DNA of 64,000 bases from Nitrososphaeraceae archaeon (GCA_044870765.1 JBIOZG010000043.1:32001-96000), one strand, 5' to 3'. Shown: positions 50,467-60,523, numbered from the stretch's first letter. Notes: generated by a model from the letters alone, not told the origin. Made by a program: numbers and translations.

Positions 50467-52572
50467 TCACACCATAGTAACTTTATCATGATATTCTGAA
50501 ATCTTATCATCTAACATTCCATAATCCTCCTCGCTTAATTTCCCCTTGTAATATAGCCCCGTTATGTTCCTTCTTATTTTACTTAAACGCTGCAATGATT
50601 CCTCTTTATTTTTATCCGACACTTCGTACGCAGCCAGAATCGTTTTGAGATACCTAGATAGATTGCTTCTACGTTTCCTAGCAATAAACCAGCCAAAAAA
50701 TGCTGGTAAAATTGTTCCCAACATCACTGGAATTATTAAGTTAGTAGTCAAATACTCAGATGGAATTACTTCCTTGAAATTAGCGACTAGTGTTCCATAA
50801 TGAGTAACTGGCAATGTTATCTCAGGATTATTTTTTGATGGGGTAGCCAGATCACCAGACCAACTATCAAATACAATCGGAGGGAAAATACCTAAAAAGC
50901 TGTTGGGCCTGGCTTGACAATTAAGCCGAGTGTTAATGTCATTCTTGATGTAAGAATTTGCAATTTGATTTTCGTTGCAATATATGTAACCGGAATCCGG
51001 AGGGTATATGTTAAAGCTTGTACCAACGATTATCCTGTTTGTAGTACCGTTGACCATAGTAACTGTATTTGAGCGAAAATTGACTACGTAAATTGTGTTT
51101 GTATCCGGGTCGATAGTCAGTCCCTGAGGTCCTTTCCCTACAGTTATATTCGTTAATACTTTATCGGTTGAGCCGTTTATTACCGAAACTGAATCGGAAT
51201 CCGAGTTTGCAACGTATATCATGTTTGTATATAGATTGTTGCCCATGCTATAGGGGTCTGAACCTACACTTATGTTGTGTACCACCCTATGTGTTGAGCC
51301 ATCTATTACCGAAACTGAATCGGAATCCGAGTTTGCAACGTATATCATGTTTGTATTCGGATTAACTGTTAATGCAGCAGGACTATCTCCCACGGTTATG
51401 TTGGCTTCAATCTTATTCGTGGTTCCGTCTATTACCGAAACTGAATCAGAATCTGTCTTAGCTACGTATACAATATTTCTAAATAAATCAACTGCCAAAC
51501 CAATGCCTGCAATATCGTTGTTGGGCATTCCACCTAGAGTGATATTGGCCTTTACGAGATTTGTAAGTCCATCTATTACAGAGACAGTATTAGAACGAAA
51601 ATTGGCTACGTAAATTGTGTTTGTATCTGGATTTACAGCTACTTCTATGGGATTTGTGCCTACCTTGATTGTATCAACTACTCTGTTTGTTGCACCATCA
51701 ATTACGGAGACAGTATTAGAACGAAAATTGGCTACGTAAATTGTATTTTCAAACTGATTGACGGCTATGCCGTATGGAAGATTATCTACGGTAATGTTGG
51801 CGACTAATCTATCATTCGTGGTATCAATTGAGGAGATTGTGTTAGAACGAGAGTTGCTTACATATAGTATCTTTGTATTAGGGTTAATTGCTACTGCAAC
51901 AGGTACGCCGCCAACCTTAATGCCTGCTATTCCCAAGATGTGTTGGCCAATCTGATCTACGTTACCTATTTCCTGAGGAATCTGTGAATTACTCTCTAAT
52001 GGTAAATTAATCTGAAGTGAGCCAATCATTTTTTCCACGGTAGGCAAATACTTGAAAAATTCTGCCATTTGTGCGTGATAGACTATAAAGTATCCTATAC
52101 CATTTTTTATTGTAATCCACTCCGTTCTTTCGATATTGTCCAGTCCATCTTGATAATCATATGTTATTTTGTACGCTAGATTATTTGCTAATGTTGTTTG
52201 GACTAAGTCGATAAGCTTGAAATCCTGAAAATTTTGTCTATAGTAATTTATTTCCCTGCTGATTAATTCATGCGTCCGCATATTTTCTGAACTTACTACA
52301 ATTATATCAAGGTAGTCTCGTATCTTATCTGAGTAACTAATTGAGTCCGGAATGAATGTGATTCTACCATGACTATGTGTTACTTCCCAATCAGAAGGGT
52401 AGTACATTGTTACCCCATAAGTATCACTTTTATATAATATGAAATCATTTGTCTGTAAATCTGTGCTCCTCTCATCTGCTGTTGCTGATAGATGAGGATT
52501 ACTCATAATAGTAACTATATTTAGGAACACTATTACTGATCCGAACGCCTTGAAGTATAGTGAAACAGTCAC
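50467..52572 (-). CDS. Surface protein: PsbP-like domain, YVTN/YncE beta-propeller, C-terminal TM
   Basis: Seven ~42-aa NPxTNxIYVANxxSNTVSVIDG repeats; YPSDW...YLPTVEKMIGS domain; TM near C-terminus. Confidence 0.85.
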   Translation of the reverse strand: MTVSLYFKAFGSVIVFLNIVTIMSNPHLSATADERSTDLQTNDFILYKSDTYGVTMYYPSDWEVTHSHGRITFIPDSISYSDKIRDYLDIIVVSSENMRTHELISREINYYRQNFQDFKLIDLVQTTLANNLAYKITYDYQDGLDNIERTEWITIKNGIGYFIVYHAQMAEFFKYLPTVEKMIGSLQINLPLESNSQIPQEIGNVDQIGQHILGIAGIKVGGVPVAVAINPNTKILYVSNSRSNTISSIDTTNDRLVANITVDNLPYGIAVNQFENTIYVANFRSNTVSVIDGATNRVVDTIKVGTNPIEVAVNPDTNTIYVANFRSNTVSVIDGLTNLVKANITLGGMPNNDIAGIGLAVDLFRNIVYVAKTDSDSVSVIDGTTNKIEANITVGDSPAALTVNPNTNMIYVANSDSDSVSVIDGSTHRVVHNISVGSDPYSMGNNLYTNMIYVANSDSDSVSVINGSTDKVLTNITVGKGPQGLTIDPDTNTIYVVNFRSNTVTMVNGTTNRIIVGTSFNIYPPDSGYIYCNENQIANSYIKNDINTRLNCQARPNSFLGIFPPIVFDSWSGDLATPSKNNPEITLPVTHYGTLVANFKEVIPSEYLTTNLIIPVMLGTILPAFFGWFIARKRRSNLSRYLKTILAAYEVSDKNKEESLQRLSKIRRNITGLYYKGKLSEEDYGMLDDKISEYHDKVTMV

Positions 52573-54119
52573 CCTATTTCTCCTCCGGTTGGCGCATCTT
52601 TGGGAAGGAAAGGTAGCAGGGAAGTTTCAGCTTTATTGTCGCCTATTTGAATCGAGTTTATCATTTTTTGTACGACTGGAAGATAGTAAGTATACTTGGG
52701 TGATTCTGCTGTATATCCAATAATGTAGGCTGAGTCATCTTTGATTGTAAGGATGACCATTTCTTGAAGGGTCCCAACTCTATCATCCGTATATATATAG
52801 ACAAGAGAATTGGCGGGAATTCCACCAAGAACAGTGTCACTTGAATTAATAATTTGGAAGCTCGGCAAATTCGCCTTAGCCTCTCCTACGATTTCGTCCG
52901 TTAATGCGGATAAGGAATTCTTATACGGGACTTTAAGAACTCGCAAAGCCTCTTCAAATTTATCCGAACTACTTTCAGATGGAGATTTGAAGGTAACATT
53001 ATTAGCATTTTCCGTTATTTGCCAGTCGTGAGGATAATTTACACTTACCGACTTTTCGTCACTTTTATAAGACGTAAAAGGTTGGGGCGTTAATGGCGGC
53101 TTCTGTATACCTTGGCCGGTATCAGGGCCTGGAGTAGTGCTTGCGCCTGTATCAGGGCCTGGAGTAGTGCTTGCGCCTGTATCAGGGGTAGAAATTGATC
53201 CTATTATTGTTACCGATTCGACATCTAAAACTGGTTCAGCTATCAAACACCAAGCTTTGCCACTTGAACATATGTCCTCTTGATCCTCATAAGTAATGGT
53301 GCAGGTGAAGATTTGATGAATTTGGCCGCTAGGACAATTGGAGCCCAGTGACTCAGTGTAATGATGAGGACGCTTTGTGATCACACTAAATTCACCCCCT
53401 CCAGAGAATTCAACTTTAGTACCAGGAGAGTCAGCACCGCTAAAGGAAGTAGGAGACGCTTTACCCTCGCTCACTTTAATTGTTAACTTAAAATCTTGTG
53501 GTTGTTTAGAACCTCCATTGTCATTTCTTACTTGTACTATAAATGTTCCTGTTGACTTAAATTCTGCCTTGCAATCAGAATCCTCATCGTCTATTTTACC
53601 ATCGTCATCATCGTCTTCGCCGTTACCACAGATCTCTTTTTTGTCTCCTTGTTGTTCCTTGCATTGTGAATCCTCGTTGTCTATTTTACCATCGCCATCA
53701 TCGTCTTCGCCGTTACCACATATCTCTTTTTTGTCTCCTTGTTGTTCCTTGCAGTGTGAATCCTCATCGTCTATTTTACCATCGTCATCATCGTCCTCGC
53801 CGTTACCACAGATCTCTTCCATTTCAACAGATTGTTCTTCTTCTCCATCAGAACTTTCTTCTTCTCCATCAGAACTTTCTTCTTCTCCATCAGAACTTTC
53901 TTCTTCTTCATCAGAACTTTCTTCTTCTTCATCAGAACTTTCTTCTTCTACTCCGTCCTCTATATCGGAGCTCGAATTGGAATAAACCACAGGAAGGTTA
54001 GTAATAGTTAATCCAATAAGCAAAAATCCTAGTGCCGCAAGTATTAATAACTTATTTTTTTGCAGGGTCTTGTGAATAGCATTTTTCTCTTTCGATGCCC
54101 GGAATCTTACGATTTCCAA
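52569..54119 (-). CDS. Secreted acidic repeat protein with Cys/Asp repeats and PsbP-like domain
   Basis: Signal, (EEESSD[EG])5, (EICGNGEDDDxDGKIDxED)3, Ig-like domain, Pro/Thr linker, YPHDW...YLPVVQKMINS. Confidence 0.8.
   Translation of the reverse strand: MEIVRFRASKEKNAIHKTLQKNKLLILAALGFLLIGLTITNLPVVYSNSSSDIEDGVEEESSDEEEESSDEEEESSDGEEESSDGEEESSDGEEEQSVEMEEICGNGEDDDDDGKIDDEDSHCKEQQGDKKEICGNGEDDDGDGKIDNEDSQCKEQQGDKKEICGNGEDDDDDGKIDDEDSDCKAEFKSTGTFIVQVRNDNGGSKQPQDFKLTIKVSEGKASPTSFSGADSPGTKVEFSGGGEFSVITKRPHHYTESLGSNCPSGQIHQIFTCTITYEDQEDICSSGKAWCLIAEPVLDVESVTIIGSISTPDTGASTTPGPDTGASTTPGPDTGQGIQKPPLTPQPFTSYKSDEKSVSVNYPHDWQITENANNVTFKSPSESSSDKFEEALRVLKVPYKNSLSALTDEIVGEAKANLPSFQIINSSDTVLGGIPANSLVYIYTDDRVGTLQEMVILTIKDDSAYIIGYTAESPKYTYYLPVVQKMINSIQIGDNKAETSLLPFLPKDAPTGGEIG
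53119..53187. repeat. 30-bp tandem repeat, ~2.3 copies (PDTGASTTPG)
   Basis: GTATCAGGGCCTGGAGTAGTGCTTGCGCCT repeated exactly. Confidence 0.9.
53578..53817. repeat. 90-bp tandem repeat, ~2.7 copies
   Basis: Units start TCCTC at 53581, 53671 and 53761 and are near-identical. Confidence 0.9.
53834..53949. repeat. 21-bp tandem repeat, ~5.5 copies
   Basis: TTCTTCT[CT]CATCAGAACT-type unit encoding EEESSD[EG]. Confidence 0.9.
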
Positions 54120-54472
54120 TTTTTATCACACATATGACTTTATATCCAGAGACGGAGATTAATGCAATTATTGCAAAGAGTATTTAAAAATAATAAATCT
54201 TTATGATAAATAAGCTCCTTTCCTCAAAGGAATTTCAAAATGGTCAACTAAAATATAAACCTGAAACCTATAATTATACTGTGTCAGCCAAAATGGCAGA
54301 ATCAACTCCTCAATCTGAGGAACTTAATAGTCAAATTCAATATATATTATTTATTTGAATTTACATGAGTAGAATCAGAATAGTACCATTCTGCAGTAAC
54401 TAGTAGAATGAATTGTAAAAAGTTGGATGATAGTTAAAATGTTACATGGGTTGGATAGTTAGATAAAATGCA

Positions 54473-55027
54473 ATGAGCACTGTGATTATGCCGAATATAG
54501 ATCTTGAGGGTAAATGGAAAATGCGGGTGATCCAGGTTCCCAACGGTTTGTTATTGCTTTTGCGAATGTCCATTAAGATTGATAGGCCTGCTTTTGGCCT
54601 TGATCCTGCCAATGGAATCATGATTAATGGGTCTAAAATTAATGTGTCATTTCAGGATTGTGGGAATATTACTGGGACTCTAGAACCAAATACAATTAGA
54701 TGATCCAACGGAATTGTTTGAACAAGGCCAATTGATGTTGCGACTAATCTAGTGGACCTTTGGGATTTTGGTGAACCTGGGCATGCAAATATTTCTGTGT
54801 CAGGAACATCCTCTACAATTGATATGTCCAATTTTGGCGTTGGAGATGGCCATGGCACAATAGAAAATGATTCTTTCAGAGTAAACTTTGCGGACGGATC
54901 GAATTTTGTTGGTACCATAGAAAGTCAACACAAAATAAAATGGTCCAACGGAACTGTTTGGACGAAGTTCATCCCGAAGGTTGAAGAGGATGAACACTAT
55001 TTTATAGGACACAACTATGATTTATGA
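54473..55027 (+). pseudogene. Two-repeat beta-domain gene interrupted by two in-frame TGA codons
   Basis: ORFs 54473-54703 and 54752-55027 share a frame; TGA at 54701 and 54719 align with the Trp residues of repeat 2 (IKWSNGTVWTK). Confidence 0.75.
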
Positions 55028-55062
55028 TGACTGATGTTTATGAGATCTTATATTATTAATTC

Positions 55063-55509
55063 GTGGTAATGATATCGAGATTAATGGCATCCTATGAAAT
55101 TGCTTTGGTCCTTGCGATTGGCGCGGTAATAGGTGCAACTATCTTTAGAACGTTAATTCCTATTACTACCAAGATAATGGCCGAAATACAACTATCAACA
55201 AAGGAAAACAGGGCCCCAGTCATTCCTAAAATGCACTGGATCTGGTGGCTTGGAGCGGGAATAAATATAATTTTTGTTGGATTTCCAGTGTTCGCAACGA
55301 TTGACCAACTTGTACAACCTATCTTAAATGTAACAAGTCCCTTAGTCGCCTTCTTTATTGTCTGGGGACTTGCGCAAAGCGCTCAAGAAGCTATATTTAG
55401 AATGATGGATTCCGGAGTAGATGGTAAAGACACCAAACCCGTTCCCGTTGTGATGAAGTCAACGTCTGTATCAACTCCAACGATTGCAGTAGAGTCAAAA
55501 AAACCATAA
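55063..55509 (+). CDS. Small three-TM membrane protein
   Basis: Three hydrophobic segments and a polar tail. Confidence 0.65.
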   Translation: MVMISRLMASYEIALVLAIGAVIGATIFRTLIPITTKIMAEIQLSTKENRAPVIPKMHWIWWLGAGINIIFVGFPVFATIDQLVQPILNVTSPLVAFFIVWGLAQSAQEAIFRMMDSGVDGKDTKPVPVVMKSTSVSTPTIAVESKKP

Positions 55510-56095
55510 ATAAAAAATTCCCTATATCTTTTTTTTCAGTTCAAGTGTAAGAGGAAATTATATTACTTTTATGCCATTTTTGCTTGGTTGTACACACGCT
55601 TGTTGACTCGATCATTACGACAACTACTGGGAACATTCCCTAATTTATTTAAAAAGTTTTTCCAAGTGAGAGAATGTCGTCAAATACCAAGGGTTATTCA
55701 GAATAAAAAACTCTTACTCCACCAAAACCAATATTAATTTCTCCATCTATATATTGTAATACAAGCTCTCTTTATAAAGAAACTAGATTTTTCTACCTTT
55801 CTCAAATTTTTCTAGCATTAAATTGTATCAAATGTAAATTCAGCTTCACCTCTAGTTCTAGGAAATTCACCTGCTTCTTGAGTGTGATATTTCTGAATTT
55901 TCCAAAGAAAACTGGTCGAGGAATTCATGTAACGTCGCATCAAGTTCTAATCAATAAGTTGTCCCCAAATGATCTCTGTAAATAGAATCTGAAATTTCCC
56001 ATATAAATTAAAACAGCTGGTATCAGTCCGTAGCCAATAACGAAACCCCCTACCTACTAATAATACTTATTTGGGCCATATCAAATTAATCCCCG

Positions 56096-56893
56096 TTGAC
56101 CGAGCTATTACAGGAAATACGTAGTGAATATCAGGATTATGCACTATTTCCAGTGGAATATAAAAAAAAGGTAGATTCAATATCAAATCTGTTTGGATTA
56201 ACAAATAAAAATAGACTTAAAACAGACTATTGTCCCCTATTCGTAATTGGAAAATATCAAACTGCTCCAATTATCTTCTTTGGAGTAAATCCTGGCTATT
56301 CTTCAAAGAATAGTCCTATAGAAGAAAACGAAGCAAGTAAATCATGGGAACACTACCAAAGCCTCTATCTCAATTTTTTTCAATACTTTTCCCGTCATAA
56401 ATTTGAATCACCCTTCTATACTGCTTTATGGTATCTGATTTCCGGACTGACTGGAACCAACTATCCCATAAAAAGGAAATGGGCATTATTTGATAAGTAT
56501 CTCTGCAATTTGGAACTAATACCCTACCATTCAGAGCGGATTACATTTCCAACCATACTCAAAGAGAAACAACTAGAATATCTGAAGAATCGTTTTACTA
56601 TTAACATTGAATTCATTAAAGATTTCAATCCTAAATTGCTAATTTTTAATGGCAAGATTTGGAAGACTCTCTTGATCAACTATGATCTAACTGAACATTC
56701 TGTTAGGTCTCCAATCACGAATCAATTCACCATGTATTCTTTTGAGCTAGATGGCATTCCATCAGTGCTTTTTGATCGGTTTTTCCAAAGACACTTCCGG
56801 GGAATCACGAATGATGATAGGATGTTTACTATTCCAAAACTTATTCATGATAGATTTAATAACCTAAGGGAAAATCTCTGCCGTCTAAACTAA
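56096..56893 (+). CDS. Uracil-DNA-glycosylase-fold-like protein
   Basis: IIFFGVNPG motif-A-like, NLELIPYHS, NPKLLIFNGK. Confidence 0.55.
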   Translation: MTELLQEIRSEYQDYALFPVEYKKKVDSISNLFGLTNKNRLKTDYCPLFVIGKYQTAPIIFFGVNPGYSSKNSPIEENEASKSWEHYQSLYLNFFQYFSRHKFESPFYTALWYLISGLTGTNYPIKRKWALFDKYLCNLELIPYHSERITFPTILKEKQLEYLKNRFTINIEFIKDFNPKLLIFNGKIWKTLLINYDLTEHSVRSPITNQFTMYSFELDGIPSVLFDRFFQRHFRGITNDDRMFTIPKLIHDRFNNLRENLCRLN

Positions 56894-57377
56894 TACCTCA
56901 TAAATAGTCATTAACTCGAATCTAAATCATCATAGTTTTTGCTTGCGTTCATACTGAAATCTCAATCATATCCATCAATAATTCCGGACTCATCTCTTAC
57001 GGCCCAGACCATCGAACTTAAGGAGTGAAAATCCTTAAAACTTAAAACTTAATTAATCAATATCGTATTGGGATAACGTTCTTCATAAAAATACTAGATA
57101 TTCTTAATCCGACTAATATGAAAAATCAAATTCGCCTCGACGCACTAACTCAATCCACTGGACTAGGTAACAAATCCGATCCAAGAAAATTAACTGATTC
57201 GCAAGAAGATGAAAAGACTTAAAGAACAAATAGAAAAAGAAAAAGATCCCGAAGTTAAAGCAGAAGTAAAAAAAAGGAAATATTGTTACTGTAATAGAAG
57301 ATTCTATGGATTATTAGGAAATTTACATGTTGAGAGGATCAAAAATTGTGCTCAAAATATTATAGAGGTTGGGATTA

Positions 57378-57836
57378 CTATTGTTCGAGACGATTAAACA
57401 TACCTGTGATAAGGTTTCCACCGTGGCTAATTAGGCTCATAAACTCCTTACCAAGAGGTTCTAGGCTTTTGTCTGACATCATCTTTGCGTAAACTTCTTT
57501 ACTGTGATTTTGATCTCTAAAGTATTGTAGCTCCATCCAAATATCTTCATCTTCGGCAGCAAGGGTTTTAGTAATATTTTCCATAATATACATTCCAGAT
57601 GCATTTGCAGATTCTATTGTTTCTTGGGTATCTTTTCCAGCAAGATGATAGTATTCAAGTCTTACTCCATTACTTACAAACCATGGAATAAACTTCTTAA
57701 GGTTCTGTGAGATAGCGTTGTGGTTCTTTTTTGGAACTCTGTAAAAGTAAGCTGCAAGGTAACCTCCAGCATCGAGTTCTTTTGAAGAATTTGTATCTGA
57801 CATGATTATTACTATTGATACGTTACATATAAACAC
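57378..57836 (-). CDS. DUF1428-like protein
   Basis: YRVPKKNHNA...ELQYFRDQNHSKEVYAKMMSD ferredoxin-like pattern. Confidence 0.55.
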   Translation of the reverse strand: MFICNVSIVIIMSDTNSSKELDAGGYLAAYFYRVPKKNHNAISQNLKKFIPWFVSNGVRLEYYHLAGKDTQETIESANASGMYIMENITKTLAAEDEDIWMELQYFRDQNHSKEVYAKMMSDKSLEPLGKEFMSLISHGGNLITGMFNRLEQ

Positions 57837-57851
57837 AAATTTTAAGCAATA

Positions 57852-58007
57852 TTAATCTTCATGCCTAGGCATTGGGTAGACTTCGCCATTTTTTCCGTAT
57901 TCTTGCCAGCATGTATCATGAAAGAGATATAACATATCAAGGTGCCCAATGTCCATGTTAATATCGCAGTACTTGCAAATTCTAGAGCCCTGGAAATAAT
58001 TTTCCAT
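57852..58007 (-). CDS. Small zinc-finger protein, 51 aa (not in ORF track)
   Basis: Manual translation MENYFQGSRICKYCDINMDIGHLDMLYLFHDTCWQEYGKNGEVYPMPRHED; CxxC...HxxC. Confidence 0.5.
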   Translation of the reverse strand: MENYFQGSRICKYCDINMDIGHLDMLYLFHDTCWQEYGKNGEVYPMPRHED

Positions 58008-58136
58008 TATTAAATTTCGTCATCTACTGTAACCTTACAAACTGAGTCTAAATGCGTCTAGTAAATCATCATAACTAGTTTGATCTCTGTCAAGGGAATT
58101 TCGACTATCGATGATTTATCTATCAATATCTTGATA

Positions 58137-58640
58137 CTACTTCCAGTGCCATTGTTTAAGAGCATAATTTCCATTCTCATCATATCCTCCCTTAAATATT
58201 ACTACTACATTATTCAAAAAGGATAGTTTCCCTGTGGAATTTGTGCTGTATACTGAAGCGCCCTGATAGTCTGTACCATTTCCCACTTCTATGAATGTAT
58301 AGTTTGCCGATTCACTGCCGTCCTTGGTCGATATTACTCCTTTACCTTGATCAAATGTCACATTGTTACCTTTGGAGACGCTGATATATTCCCCTTTTTT
58401 ATTGTATTCTATGTTACCATTCAGTATGCCACTAGAAGTAAAGGTGTATTCAGTCCTGTTAGGTCCCAGTTCTCTCTTAATGGTATCCCCACCCTTTTCT
58501 ACAAAAATAGGATCTCCTAATGTTTCTCTCTGAGCAGATCCAATATTGAATAGGTAAGTATAAGATCCTGTTCCTCCAATAAGTAATAATATGAGCGCAA
58601 TTCCTGCTGTAACACTGATAGTGAATCCCTTTTTATTCAT
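58137..58640 (-). CDS. Secreted beta-rich hypothetical protein
   Basis: N-terminal TM/signal; STNSTGKLSFLNN...WHWK. Confidence 0.7.
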   Translation of the reverse strand: MNKKGFTISVTAGIALILLLIGGTGSYTYLFNIGSAQRETLGDPIFVEKGGDTIKRELGPNRTEYTFTSSGILNGNIEYNKKGEYISVSKGNNVTFDQGKGVISTKDGSESANYTFIEVGNGTDYQGASVYSTNSTGKLSFLNNVVVIFKGGYDENGNYALKQWHWK

Positions 58641-58967
58641 TTATGATATTGAATAGGTTAAGAACTATTTAAGATGAGCTGGAAAGTCTCTAAAATAACG
58701 ATGGGATCATCACATATGTCTATAACGGCGTCTTCAACACTGCTTTCTGCAATGGTTATACTGGTCACGCCAACCCAATACAAGCAGACACTAGCCTAAC
58801 CTCGCTTAGTAGTGCCACCCTTCTCTCAATGCATGCTTTGTAAGCGCACGTGATTGTAATAAATCTATGTAGTGTATGGGTGGCGATAGGAAACGCGTTA
58901 AATCCCCCTTTTTTGAGCAGATAAATTTGCAACAAACCAAGGCTAACCATAAATACTTTAGAGTAAT

Positions 58968-60176
58968 ATGGATTACATGGGTAGAAAATCTCTAGAGATC
59001 ATATCTTCTCTAATTTTAGTAACGGGAATCATATCGTTAAATTTTGATTCAGTTCAAGCAGAAAGTGAGGATGAGAAAGCGAAGCAAGATATCACAAAAT
59101 CCATCGGAAGTGCTGTAGAAGGCAGCTGGTCATCGATTGAGATGATAAATATATCAAAGCTCTTTGCCAATGACCCAATTACAGTTTATAATAAGACTTT
59201 AGGGATTGAAGGTTCTCAGGAATGCCAGGAAAATGAAAATTTGGAGAATGGAGTATGTGTACCTGACGCATCGCGACCTAAAGAAATTTGCGATGACGGA
59301 AGCGATAACGATAGGGATGGTAATATTGATGAAAATTGTAAAGAATTACCTTCGGCTCGAGATCACACGAGTGTAATACTGGCTGGTGATCTTAAACGTG
59401 ATTCAGGTGATTCAATTGCAAACGCAATTAATAAGATAGTACCAAATCTATTTGTGGGGTTAGGAGATTTAGGTTATGATAAAACTTTAGATTGGTTTAG
59501 GGAATCCTTCACAAAAGATACGCCTGACGGTCTGGGAAATCGTGCCACATGTATAATAGGTAATCATGATGAGAAAGAGAAATTCCCTAATGAGGATCCA
59601 CCAATAATTGAACAAGCAATTGAAACTTGTGGAACCGGTTGGTATGCCAAAATTGCAAATGGGACTACATTGATCCTTGGATTTAATACAATCGATGATG
59701 CTCTTGCTATTCCAGAAGGCAGTCAGATAAAAATGGCAGGCAGTGTTTTATCTAATTCCACATTCACGGAAGGTGTTAAAAATATCTTTATCTTAACTCA
59801 TAAACCATGTTTTACTCATCCGAATAGTGATCATGACGTAAACGAAAGTCCAGCAACAAAGAGGTTCTGTGGAGAACTTCGCAATAACCTTTCTGCCGAA
59901 GTATCAGAAGGTGTTAAAATATTATACATATCAGGACACAACCATGAAATAGCAAGCAGCAAAGATGAGACGAAGTTTGTTTCAGGTGGAGGCGGACAAG
60001 ATTCACATCAAGAGTGTGGTACTGACAATGACTGGAATTTCTGCAGTATGAAATTTGGATTTCTGGAATTCAGAATTGATAACAAAGATGGGTCATATGA
60101 CTGGGACTTCCTGGACGAAAATGGTGAAGTCATACATGGTAGCGCAATATCGGGGAATGATAACAACAATGGTTGA
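58968..60176 (+). CDS. Secreted calcineurin-like metallophosphoesterase with a Cys/Asp motif
   Basis: AGD, LGDLGY, GNHD, THKP, SGHNH, VSGGGG; EICDDGSDNDRDGNIDENC. Confidence 0.85.
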   Translation: MDYMGRKSLEIISSLILVTGIISLNFDSVQAESEDEKAKQDITKSIGSAVEGSWSSIEMINISKLFANDPITVYNKTLGIEGSQECQENENLENGVCVPDASRPKEICDDGSDNDRDGNIDENCKELPSARDHTSVILAGDLKRDSGDSIANAINKIVPNLFVGLGDLGYDKTLDWFRESFTKDTPDGLGNRATCIIGNHDEKEKFPNEDPPIIEQAIETCGTGWYAKIANGTTLILGFNTIDDALAIPEGSQIKMAGSVLSNSTFTEGVKNIFILTHKPCFTHPNSDHDVNESPATKRFCGELRNNLSAEVSEGVKILYISGHNHEIASSKDETKFVSGGGGQDSHQECGTDNDWNFCSMKFGFLEFRIDNKDGSYDWDFLDENGEVIHGSAISGNDNNNG

Positions 60177-60447
60177 TCATTCGTAATTACAAATGGGTAA
60201 CTATTCACCCATCAAATTGGCGAATTTAATCAAAGCATTTTGTCGATGGTCCTTTATACTTTATACTAAACGTGAAGGAACAAATGGTCTCCCGTAGAAA
60301 AAGTTCACAAGGTGATAAGACGGTAACGTTAGATTTAACAAAAATTTATATTTCTTAGTAAAATCATTTTTTTTTCAGAATTTCTATTTTCTAATCTGTG
60401 ATTAAATTGACACTAATTCGAATTGCTCATTTGACGAGGAAAAACTT

Positions 60448-60523
60448 AAAGCTAAGTTGTTTCTAATATGTAGTAGAATCCAGTAACAGGACTAATTTTG
60501 TTGCTCATATCGACGGGCCCGTA
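60448..60523 (+). repeat. att-like repeat copy 5 with intact tRNA-Lys 3' end
   Basis: AAAGCTAAG...ATGTAGTAGAATCCAGTAACAGG, then exact CGACGGGCCCGTA. Confidence 0.75.

Larger units (their letters stand above)
32807..60523 (+). mobile_element. Composite genomic island / cassette array at the 3' end of tRNA-Lys
   Basis: 13-bp direct repeat CGACGGGCCCGTA at 32807-32819 and 60511-60523; four internal att-like repeats; accessory genes, fragments and low coding density. Confidence 0.75.

Noticed and set aside
53377-54001. Ser-rich and LLLHQNF-repeat ORFs on the + strand
   Set aside because: Antisense shadows of the tandem repeats in the 52569-54119 gene.
57091-57113. TTCTTAATCCGAC resembling the repeat's right half
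   Set aside because: Short, gapped match without the leader.
57118-57397. Short Lys/Glu-rich ORFs around an A9 run
   Set aside because: May be a frameshifted remnant, but I cannot assign a family or support programmed frameshifting.
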